Below, in pieces: positions 47,501 to 59,499 of a DNA stretch of 64,000 bases. Positions within the stretch are counted from its first letter, which is position 1. Each line of letters begins with the position of its first letter. The stretch is from Eledone cirrhosa (taxonomy: Eukaryota). The notes beneath the pieces are model-generated. The model was not told the DNA's origin. It did not search any database and worked only from the letters and a program-made list of their open reading frames with translations. A program made the position numbers and the translations under genes. The stretch lies in the NCBI GenBank assembly GCA_964016885.1, contig OZ024744.1:26970001-27034000 (forward strand), read 5' to 3'.

Positions 47501-50500
47501 CACTGTTACGGCTAGGCATCTCAGTGCATGTGGTGGTACGAAGGGAGGTAACCTTAGGGTTTGGGACACCAGAAGTCTTCACTGCTACGGCCAGGCATCT
47601 CAGTGCATGTGGTGGTAAGAAGGGAGGTAACCTTAGGGCCAGGGCCACCAGAAGTCTCCACTGTTACGGCTAGGCATCTCAGTGCATGTGGTGGTAAGAA
47701 TGGAGGTAACCTTAGCGCCAGGGACACCAGAAGACTCCACTGTTACGGCTAGGCATCTCAGTGCATGTGGTGGTAAGAAGGGAGATAACCTTAGTGCCAG
47801 GGACACCAGATGTCCCCACTGTTACGGCTAGGAATCTCAGTGCATGTGGTGGTAAGAAAGGAGGTAACCTTAGGGTCAAGGACACCAGAAGTCTGCACTG
47901 CTACGGCTAAGCATCTCAGTGCATGTGGTGGTAAGAAAGGAGGTAACCTTAGGGCCAGGGACACCAGAAGTCTCCACTGCTACGGCTAGGCATCTCAGTG
48001 CATGTGGTGGTAAGAAAGGAGGTAACCTTAGGGCCAGGGACACCAGAAGTCTCCACTGCTACGGCTAGGCATCTCAGTGCATGTGGTGGTAAGAAGGAAG
48101 TAACCTTAGGGCCAAGGACACCAGAAGTCTTCACTGTCACGGCTAGGCATATCAGTGCATGTTGTAGTAATAAGGGAGGTAACCTTAGGTCCAGGAACAC
48201 CAGAAGTCTCCACTGTTAAGGCCAGGCATCTCAGTGCATGTGGATGTAAGAAGGGAGGTAACCTTAGGGCCAAGGACACCAGAAGTCTCCACTGTTACGG
48301 CTAGGCATGTCAGTGAATGTGGTGGTAAGAAGGAAGTAACCTTAGGGCCAGGGACACCAGAACTCTCCACTGCTACGGCTAGGCATGTCAGTGCATGTGG
48401 TGGTAAGAAGGGAGGTAACCTTAGGGCCAGGGACACCAGAAGACTCCACTGTTACGGCTAGGCATCTCAGTGCATGGGGTGGTAAGAAGGGAGGTAACCA
48501 TATGGCCAAGGTCACCAGAAGTCACCACTGCTACGGCTAGGCATCTCAGTGCATGTGGTTGTAAGAAGGGAGGTAACCTTAGGACCATGGACACCACAAG
48601 ACTCCACTGTTACGGCTAGGCATCTCTGTGCATGTGGTGGTAAGAAGGGAGGTAACCATATGGCCAAGGTCACCAGAAGTCACCACTGCTACGGCTAGGC
48701 ATCTCAGTGCATGTGGTGGTAAGAAGGGAGGTAACCTTAGTGCCAGGGACACCAGATGTCCCCACTGTTACGGCTAGGAATCTCAGTGCATGTGGTGGTA
48801 AGAAGGGAGGTAACCTTAGGGCCAAGGACTCCAGAAGTCCCCACTGCTACGGCTAGGCATCTCAGTGCATGTGGTGGTAAGAAGGGAGGTAACCTTAGGG
48901 CCAGGGACACCAGAAGTCTCCACTGTTACGGCTAGGCATCTCAGTGCATGTGGTGGTAAGAAGGGAGGTAACCTTAGGGCCAGGGACACCAGAAGTCTTC
49001 ACTGTTACGGCTAGGCATCTCAGTGCATGTGGTGGTACGAAGGGAGGTAACCTTAGGGTTTGGGACACCAGAAGTCTTCACTGCTACGGCCAGGCATCTC
49101 AGTGCATGTGGTGGTAAGAAGGGAGGTAACCTTAGGGCCAGGGACACCAGAAGTCTCCACTGCTACGGCTAGGCATCTCAGTGCATGTGGTGGTAAGAAG
49201 GAAGTAACCTTAGGGCCAAGGACACCAGAAGTCTCCACTGTTACGGCTAGGCATCTCAGTGCATGTGGTGGTAAGATGGGAGGTAACCTTAGGGCCATGG
49301 ACACCAGAAGTCTCCACTGCTACGGCTAGGCATCTCAGTGCATGTGGTGGTAAGAAGGAAGTAACCTAAGGGCCAAGGACACCAGAAGTCTCCACTGTTA
49401 CGGCTAGGCATGTCAGTGCATGTGGTGGTAAGAAAGGAGGTAACCTTAGGGTCAGGGACACCAGAAGTCTCCACTGCTACGGCTAGGCATCTCAGTGCAT
49501 GTGGTGGTAAGAAAGGAGGTAACCTTAGGGCCAGGGACACCAGAAGTTTCCACTGCTACGGCTAGGCATCTCAGTGCATGTGGTGGTAAGAAGGAAGTAA
49601 CCTTAGGGCCAAGGACACCAGAAGTCTTCACTGTCACGGCTAGGCATATCAGTGCATGTGGTGGTAAGAAGGGAGGTAACCTTAGTGACAGGGACACCAG
49701 ACGTCTCCACTGTTACGGCTAAGCATCTCAGTGCATGTGGTGGTAAGAAGGGAGGTAAACTTAGGGCCAGGGACACCAGAAGACTCCACTGTTACGGCTA
49801 GGCATCTCAGTGCATGTGGTAGTAATAAGGGAGGTAACCTTAGGGCCAGGGACACCAGAAGTCTCCTCTGTTACGGCTAGACATGTCAGTGCATGTGGTG
49901 GTAAGAAGGAAGTAACCTTAGGGCCAGGGACACCAGAAGTCTCCACTGCTACGGCTAGGCATGTCAGTGCATGTGGTGGTAAGAAGGGAGGTAACCTTAG
50001 GGCCAGTGACACCAGAAGTGTCCACTGTTACGGCCAGGCATCTCAGTGCATGTGGTGGTAAGAAGAGGGGTAGCCTTAGGGCCAAGGACACCAGAAGTCT
50101 CCACTGTTACGGCTAGGCATCTCAGTGCATGTGGTGGTAAGAAGGGAGGTAACCTTAGGGCCAGGGACACCAGAAGACTCCACTGTTACGGCTAGGCATC
50201 TCAGTGCATGTGGTGGTAAGAAGGGAGGAACCTTAGTGCCAGGGACACCAGATGTCCCCACTGTTACGGCTAGGAATCTCAGTGCATGTGGTGGTAAGAA
50301 AGGAGGTAACCTTAGGGCCAAGGACACCAGAAGTCTGCACTGTTACGGCTAGGCATCTCAGTGCATGTGGTGGTAAGAAGGGAGGTAACCTTAGGGCCAA
50401 GGACACCAGAAGTCCCCACTGCTACGGCCAGGCATCTCAGTGCATGTGGTGGTAAGAAGGGAGGTAACCTTAGGGCCAGGGACACCAGAAGTCTCCACTG

Positions 50501-53400
50501 TTACGGCTAGGCATCTCAGTGCATGTGGTGGTAAGAAAGGAGGTAACCTTAGGGCCAGGGACACCAGAAGTCTCCACTGCTACGGCTAGGCATCTCAGTG
50601 CATGTGGTGGTAAGAAGGAAGTAACTTTAGGGCCAAGGACACCAGAAGTCTTCACTGTTACGGCTATGCATATCAGTGCATGTGGTGGTAAGAAGGGAGG
50701 TAACCTTAGGGCCAGGGACACCAGAAGACTCCACTGTTACGGCTAGGCATCTCAGTGCATGTGGTGGTAAGAAGGAAGTAACCTTAGGGCCAAGGACACC
50801 AGAAGTCTCCACTGTTACGGCTAGGCATGTCAGTGCATGTGGTGGTGAGAAAGGAGGTAACCTTAGGGCCAGGGACACCAGAAGTCTCCACTGCTACGGC
50901 TAGGCATCTCAGTGCATGTGGTGGTAAGAAAGGAGGTAACCTTAGGGCCAGGGACACCAGAAGTCTCCACTGCTACGGCTAGGCATCTCAGTGCATGTGG
51001 TGGTAAGAAGGAAGTAACCTTAGGGCCAAGGACACCAGAAGTCTTCACTGTCACGGCTAGGCATATCAGTGCATGTGGTTGTAAGAAGGGAGGTAACCTT
51101 AGGACCATGGACACCACAAGACTCCACTGTTACGGCTAGGCATCTCTGTGCATGTGGTGGTAAGAAGGGAGGTAAGCATATGGCCAAGGTCACCAGAAGT
51201 CACCACTGCTACGGCTAGGCATCTCAGTGCATGTGGTGGTAAGAAGGGAGGTAACCTTAGTGCCAGGGACACCAGATGTCCCCACTGTTACGGCTAGGAA
51301 TCTCAGTGCATGTGGTGGTAAGAAAGGAGGTAACCTTAGGGCCAAGGACACCAGAAGTCTGCACTGTTACGGCTAGGCATCTCAGTGCATGTGGTGGTAA
51401 GAAGGGAGGTAACCTTAGGGCCAAGGACTCCAGAAGTCCCCACTGCTACGGCTAGGCATCTCAGTGCATGTGGTGGTAAGAAGGGAGGTAACCTTAGGGC
51501 CAGGGACACCAGAAGTCTCCACTGTTACGGCTAGGCATCTCAGTGCATGTGGTGGTAAGAAGGGAGGTAACCTTAGGGCCAGGGACACCAGAAGTCTCCA
51601 CTGTTACGGCTAGGCATGTCAGTGCATGTGGTGGTAAGAAAGGAGGTAACCTTAGGGCCAGGGACACCAGAAGTCTCCACTGCTAGGGCTAGGCATCTCA
51701 GTGTATGTGGTGGTAAGAAAGGAGGTAACCTTAGGGCCAGGGACACCAGAAGTCTCCAGTGCTACGGCTAGGCATCTCAGTGCATGTGGTGGTAAGAAGG
51801 AAGTAACTTTAGGGCCAAGGACACCAGAAGTCTTCAATGTTACGGCTAGGCATATCAGTGCATGTGGTGGTAAGAAGGGAGGTAACCTTAGGGCCAGGGA
51901 CACCAGAAGTCTCCACTGCTACGGCTAGGCATCTCAGTGCATGTGGTGGTAAGAAGGAAGTAACCTTAGGGCCAAGGACACCAGAAGTCTCCACTGTTAC
52001 GGCTAGGCATCTCAGTGCATGTGGTGGTAAGATGGGAGGTAACCTTAGGGCCATGGACACCAGAAGTCTCCACTGCTACGGCTAGGCATCTCAGTGCATG
52101 TGGTGGTAAGAAGGAAGTAACCTAAGGGCCAAGGACACCAGAAGTCTCCACTGTTACGGCTAGGCATGTCAGGGCATGTGGTGGTAAGAAAGGAGGTAAC
52201 CTTAGGGTCAGGGACACCAGAAGTCTCCACTGCTACGGCTAGGCATCTCAGTGCATGTGGTGGTAAGAAAGGAGGTAACCTTAGGGCCAGGGACACCAGC
52301 AGTTTCCACTGCTACGGCTAGGCATCTCAGTGCATGTGGTGGTAAGAAGGAAGTAACCTTAGGGCCAAGGACACCAGAAGTCTTCACTGTCACGGCTAGG
52401 CATATCAGTGCATGTGGTGGTAAGAAGGGAGGTAACCTTAGGGACAGGGACACCAGACGTCTTCACTGTTACGGCTAAGCATCTCAGTGCATGTGGTGGT
52501 AAGAAGGGTGGTAACCTTAGGGCCAGGGACACCAGAAGACTCCACTGTTACGGCTAGGCATCTCAGTGCATGTGGTAGTAATAAGGGAGGTAACCTTAGG
52601 GCCAGGGACACCAGATGTCTCCTCTGTTACGGCTAGGCATGTCAGTGCATGTGGTGGTAAGAAGGAAGTAACCTTAGGGCCAGGGACACCAGAAGTCTCC
52701 ACTGCTAAGGCTAGGCATGTCAGTGCATGTGGTGGTAAGAAGGGAGGTAACCTTAGGGCCAGTGACACCAGAAGTGTCCACTGTTACGGCCAGGCATCTC
52801 AGTGCATGTGGTGGTAAGAAGAGGGGTAACCTTAGGGCCAAGGACACCAGAAGTCTCCACTGTTACGGCTAGGCATCTCAGTGCATGTGGTGGTAAGAAG
52901 GGAGGTAACCTTAGGGCCAGGGACACCAGAAGACTCCACTGTTACGGCTAGGCATCTCAGTGCATGTGGTGGTAAGAAGGGAGGTAACCTTAATGCCAGG
53001 GACACCAGATGTCCCCACTGTTACGGCTAGGAATCTCAGTGCATGTGGTGGTAAGAAAGGAGGTAACCTTAGGGCCAAGGACACCAGAAGTCTGCACTGT
53101 TACGGCTAGGCATCTCAGTGCATGTGGTGGTAAGAAGGGAGGTAACCTTAGGGCCAAGGACACCAGAAGTCCCCACTGCTACGGCTAGGCATCTCAGTGC
53201 ATGTGGTGGTAAGAAGGGAGGTAACCTTAGGGCCAGGGACACCAGAAGTCTCCACTGTTACGGCTAGGCATCTCAGTGCATGTGGTGGTAAGAATGGAGG
53301 TAACCTTAGGGCCAGGGACACCAGAAGTCTCCACTGTTACGGCTAGGCATGTCAGTGCATGTGGTGGTAAGAAAGGAGGTAACCTTAGGGCCAGGGACAC
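41555..53400 (+). repeat. Variable 35-37-monomer higher-order repeat domain rich in 78-bp monomers
   Basis: ORF offsets: 42114/44874 and 42989/45749 = 2760; 43140/45979 = 2839; 46372/49289 = 2917; 49289/52045 = 2756. Markers CAGATGTCCCC..GGAATCTC, TCTGCACTG, CTGTCACGG and CCAGTGAC. Confidence 0.85.
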
Positions 53401-56400
53401 CAGAAGTCTCCACTGCTACGGCTAGGCATCTCAGTGCATGTGGTGGTAAGAAGGGAGGTAACCTTAGGGACAGGTACACCAGACGTCTCCACTGTTACGG
53501 CTAAGCATCTCAGTGCATTTGGTGGTAAGAAGGGAGGTAACCTTAGGGCCAGGGACACCAGAAGACTCCACTTTTACGGCTAGGCATCTCAGTGCATGTG
53601 GTGGTAAGAAGGGAGGTAAACTAAGAGCCAGGGACACCAGAAGACAGCACTGTTACGGCTAGGCATCTCAGTGCATGTGGTGGTAAGAAGGGAGGTAACC
53701 TTAGGGCCAGGGACACCAGAAGTCTCCACTGTTACGGCTAGGCATCTCAGGGCATTTGGTGGTAATAAGGGAGGTAACCTTAGGTACAGGAACACCAGAA
53801 GTCTCCACTGTTAAGGCTAGGCATCTCAGTGCATGTGGATGTAAGAAGGGAGGTAATCTTAGGGCCAAGGACACCAGAAGTCTCCACTGTTACGGCTAGG
53901 CATGTCAGTGCATGGGGTGGTAAGAAGGAAGTAAATTAGGGCCAGGAACACCAGAAGTCTCCACTGCTACGGTTAGGCATGTCAGTGCATGTGGTGGTAA
54001 GAAGGGATGTAACCTTAGGGCCAGTGACACCAGAAGTGTCCACTGTTACGGCCAGGCATCTCAGTGCATGTGGTGGTAAGAAGGGGGGTAACCTTAGGGC
54101 CAAGGACACCAGAAGTCTCCACTGTTACGGCTAGGCATCTCAGTGCATGTGGTGCTAAGAAGGGAGGTAACCTTAGGGCCAAGGAAACCAGAAGACTCCA
54201 CTGTTACGGCTAGGCATCTCAGTGCATGTGGTGGTAAGAAGGGAGGTAACCTTAGGGCCAGGGACACCAGAAGTCCACACTGTTACGGCTAGGAATCTCA
54301 GTGCATGTGGTGGTAAGAAAGAAGGCAACCTTAGGGCCAAGGACACCAGAAGTCTGCACTGTTACGGCTAGGCATCTCAGTGCATGTGGTGGTAAGAAAG
54401 AAGGCAACCTTAGGGCCAGGGACACCAGAAGTCTCCACTGCTACGGCTAGGCATCTCAGTGCATGTGGTGGTAAGAAGGCAGGTAACCTTAGGGCCAAGG
54501 ACACCAGAAGTCCCCACTGCTACGGCTAGGCATCTCAGTGCATGTGGTGGTAAGAAGGGAGGTAACCTTAGGGCCAGGGACACCAGAAGTCTCCACTGTT
54601 ACGGCTAGGCATCTCAGTGCATGTGGTGGTAAGAAGGGAGGTAACCTTAGGGCCAGGGACACCAGAAGTCTTCACTGTTACGGCTAGGCATCTCAGTGCA
54701 TGTGGTGGTACGAAGGGAGGTAACCTTAAGGTTTGGGACACCAGAAGTCTTCACTGCTACGGCCAGGCATCTCAGTGCATGTGGTGGTAAGAAGGGAGGT
54801 AACCTTAGGGCCAGGGACACCAGAAGTCTCCACTGCTACGGCTAGGCATGTCAGTGCATGTGGTGGTAAGAAGGAAGTAATCTTAGGGCCAAGGACACCA
54901 GAAGTCTCCACTGTTACGGCTAGGCATCTCAGTGCATGTGGTGGTAAGATGGGAGGTAACCTTAGGGCCAGGGACACCAGAAGACTCCACTGTTACGGCT
55001 AGGCATCTCAGTGCATGTGGTGGTAAGAAGGAAGTAACCTTAGGGCCAAGGACACCAGAAGTCTCCACTGTTACGGCTAGGCATGTCAGTGCATGTGGTG
55101 GTAAGAAGGGAGGTAACCTTAGGGCCAGGGACACCAGAAGTCTCCACTGTTACGGCTAGGCATCTCAGTGCATGTGGTAGTAAGAAGGGAGGTAGCCTTA
55201 GGGCCAGGGACACCAGAAGTCTTCACTGTTACGGCTAGGCATCTCAGTGCATGTGGTGGTACGAAGGGAGGTAACCTTAAGGTTTGGGACACCAGAAGTC
55301 TTCACTGCTACGGCCAGGCATCTCAGTGCATGTGGTGGAAAGAGGGGAGGTAACCTTAGGGCCAGGGAGACCAGAAGACTCCACTGTTACGGCTAGGCAT
55401 CTCAGTGCATGTGGTGGTAACAAAGGAGGTAACCTTAGGGCCAGGGACAGCAGAAGTCTCCACTGCTACGGCTAGGCATCTCAGTGCATGTGGTGGTAAG
55501 AAGGGAGGTAACCTTAGGGCCAAGGACACCAGAAGTCTCCACTGTTACGTCTAGGCATCTCAGTGCATGTGGTGGTAAGAAGGGAGGTAACCTTAGGGCC
55601 AGGGACACCAGAAGTCTCCCTGCTACGGCTAGGCATCTCAGTGCATGTGGTGGTAAGAAGGGAGGTAACCTTAGGGCCAAGGACACCAGAAGTCTCCACT
55701 GTTACGGCTAGGGATCTCAGTGCATGTGGTGGTAAGAAGGGAGGTAACCTTAAAGGCCAGGGACACCAGAAGTCTCCACTGTTACGGCTAGGCATCTCAG
55801 TGCATGTGGTGGTAATAAGGGAGGTAACCTTTGGGCCAGGGACACCAGAAGATTCCACTGTGACGGCTAGGCATCTCAGTGCATGTGGTGGTAAGAAGGG
55901 AGGTAACTTAGGGTTTGGGACACCAGAAGTCTCCACTGCTACGGCTAGGCATCTCAGTGCATGTGGTGGTAAGAAGGGAGGTAACTTAGGGTTTGGGACA
56001 CCAGAAGTCTCCACTGCTACGGCTAGGCATCTCAGTGCATGTGGTGGTAAGAAGGGAGGTAACCTTAGGGCCAGAGACACCAGCAGTCTAGACTGCTAAG
56101 GCTAGGCATGTCAGTGCATGTGGTGGTAAGATGGGAAGTAACCTTAGGGCCAGGGACACCAGAAGTCTCCACCGTTACGGCTAGGCATGTCAGTGCATGT
56201 GGTGGTAAGAAGGGAGGTAACCTTAGGGCCAGGGACACCAGAAGTCTCCACTGTTACGGCTAGGGATCTCAGGGCATGTGGTGGTAAGAAGGGAGGTAAC
56301 CTTAGGGCCAAGGAACCGGAAGTCTCCACTGTTACGGCTAGGCATCTCAGTGCATGTGATGGTAAGAAGGAAGTAACCTTAGGGCCAGGGACACCAGAAA

Positions 56401-59400
56401 ACTCCACTGTTACGGCTAGGCATCTCAGTGCATGTTGTGGTAAGAAGGGAGGTAACCTTAGGGCCAGGGACACCAGACGTCTCCACTGCTACGGCTAGGC
56501 ATCTCAGTGCATGTGGTGGTAAGAAGGGAGGTAACCTTAGGGCCAGGGACACCAGAAGTCTCCACTGTTACGGCTAGGCATCTCAGTGCATGTGGTGGTA
56601 AGAAGGGAGGTAACCTTAGGGCCAAGGACAGCAGAAGTCTCCACTGCTACGGCGAGGCATCTCAGTGCATGTGGTGGTAAGAATGGAGGTAACCTTAGGG
56701 CCAAGGACACCAGAAGCCTCCACTGTTACGACTAGGCATGTCAGTGCATGTGGTGGTAAGAAAGCAGGTAACCTTAGGGCCAGGGACACCAGAATTCTCC
56801 ACTGCTACGGCTAGGCATCTCAGTGCATGTGGTGGTAAGAAGGGAGGTAACCTTAGGGCCAGGGACACCAGAAGTCTCCACTGTTACTGCTAGGCATCTC
56901 AGTGCATGTGGTAGTAAGAAGGGAGGTAACATTAGGGCCAGGGACACCAGAAGACTCCACTGTTACGGCTAGGCATCTCAGTGCATGTGGTGGTAAGAAG
57001 GGAGGTAACCTTAGGGCCAGGGACACCAGAAGTCTCCACTGTTACGGCTAGGCATGTCAGTGCATGTGGAGGTAAGAAGGGGGGTAACCTTAGGGCCAAG
57101 GACACCAGAAGTCTCCACTGCTACGGCTAGGCATCTCAGTGCATCTGGTGGTAATAAGGGAGGTAACCTTAGGTCCAGGGACACCAGAAGTCTCCACTGT
57201 TACGGCCAGGCATCTCAGTGCATGTGGTGGTAAGAAGGGGGGTAACCTTAGGGCCAAGGACACCAGAAGTCTCCACTGTTACGGCTAGGCATCTCAGTGC
57301 ATGTGGTGGTAAGAAGGGAGGTAACCTTAGGGCCAAGGACACCAGAAGTCTCCACTGTTACGGCTAGGCATCTCAGTGCAAATGGTGGTAAGATGGGAGG
57401 TAACCTTAGGGCCAGGGACACCAGAAGACACCACTGTTACGGCTAGGCATCTCAGTGCATGTGGTGGTAAGAAAGGAGGTAACCTTAGGGCCAAGGACAC
57501 CAGAAGTCTCCACTGTTACGGCTAGGCATCTCAGTGCATGTGGTGGTAAGAAGGGAGGTAACCTTCGGGCCAAGGACACCAGAAGACTCCACTGTTACGG
57601 CTAGGCATCTCAGTGCATGTGGTGGTAAGAAGGGAGGTAACCTTAGGGCCAGGGACACCAGAAGTCTCCACTGTTACGGCTAGGCATGTCAGTGCATGTG
57701 GTAGTAAGAAGGGAGGCAACCTTAGGGCCAGGGACACCAGAAGTCTCCACTGTTACGGCTAGGCATCTCAGTGCATGTGGTGGTAAGAAGGGAGGTAACC
57801 TTAGGGCCAGGGACACCAGAAGTCTCCACTGCTACGGCTAGGCATCTCAGTGCATGTGGTGGTAAGAAGGGAGGTAACCTTAGGGCCAGGGACAACAGAA
57901 GCCTCCACTGTTACGGCTAGGCATCTCAGTGCATGTGGTGGTAAGAAGGAGGGAGGTAACATTAGGGCCAGGGACACCAGAAGACTCCACTGTTACGGCT
58001 AGGCATCTCAGTGCATGTGGTGGTAAGAAAGGAGGTAACCTTAGGGCCAGAGACTCCAGAAGTCTCCACTGTTACGGCTAGGCATGTCAGTGCATGTGGT
58101 GGTAAGAAAGGAGGTAACCTTAGGGCCAGGGACACCAGAAGTCTCCACTGCTACGGCTAGGCATCTCAGTGCATGTGGTGGTAAGAAGGGAGGTAACCTT
58201 AGGGCCAGGGACACCAGAAGTCTCCACTGTTACGGCTAGGCATCTCAGTGCATGTGGTGGTAAGAAGGGAGGTAACATTAGGGCCAGGGACACCAGAAGA
58301 CTCCACTGTTACGGCTAGGCATCTCAGTGCATGTGGTGGTAAGAGGGGAGGTAACCTTAGGGCCAGGGACACCAGAAGTCTCCACTGTTACGGCTAGGCA
58401 TGTCAGTGCATGTGGTGGTAAGAAAGGAGGTAACCTTAGGGCCAAGGACACCAGAAATCTCCACTGCTACGGCTAGGCATCTCAGTGCATGTGGTGGTAA
58501 GAAGGGAAGGAACCTCAGGGCCAGGGACACCAGAAGTCTCCACTGTTACGGCTAGGCATCTCAGTGCATGTGGTGGTAAGAAGGGAGGGAACCTTAGGGC
58601 CAGGGACACCAAAAGTCTCCACTGTTACGGCTAGGCATCTCAGTGCATGTGGTGGTAAGAAGGGAGGGAACCTTAGGGCCAGGCACATCAGAAGTCTCCA
58701 CTGCTACGGCTAGGCATCTCAGTGCATGTGGTGGTAAGAAAGGAGGTAACCTTAGGTCCAGGGACACCAGAAGTCTCCACTGTTACGGCTAGGCATCTAA
58801 GTGCATTTGGTGGTAAGAAGGGAGGTAACCTTAGGGCCAAGGACACCAGAAGTCTCCACTGCTACGGCTAGGCATCTCAGTGCATGTGGTGGTAAGAAGG
58901 GAAGGAACCTTAGGGCCAGGGACACCAGAAGTCTCCACTGTTACGGCTAGGCATCTCAGTGCATGTGGTGGTAAGAAGGGAGGTAACCTTGGGGCCAGGG
59001 ACACCAGAAGTCTCCACTGTTGCGGCTAGGCATCTCAGTGCATGTGGTGGTAAGAAGGGAGGGAACCTTAGGGCCAGGCACATCAGAAGTCTCCACTGCT
59101 ACGGCTAGGCATCTCAGTGCATGTGGTGGTAAGAAGGGAGGTAACCTTAGGGCCAGGGACACCAGAAGTCTCCACTGCTACGGCTAGGCATCTCAGTGCA
59201 TGTGGTGGTAAGAAGGGAGGTAACCTTAGGGCCAGAGACACCAGCAGTCTCGACTGCTAAGGCTAGGCATCTCAGTGCATGTGGTGGTAAGAAGGGAGGT
59301 AACCTTAGGGCCAAGGACAGCAGAAGTTTCCACTGCTACGGCGAGGCATCTCAGTGCATGTGGTGGTAAGAAAGGAGGTAACCTTAGGGCCAAGGACACC

Positions 59401-59499
59401 AGAGGCCTCCACTTTTACGACTAGGCATGTCAGTGCATGTGGTGGTAAGAAAGCAGGTAACCTTAGGGACAGGGACACCAGAAGTCTCCACTGCTACGG

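Noticed and set aside
55514-56099. Longest ORFs (188 aa on -, 178 aa on +)
   Set aside because: They result from a chance cluster of 78-bp monomers, are open on both strands, are purely repeat-derived, and have no recognisable domain.
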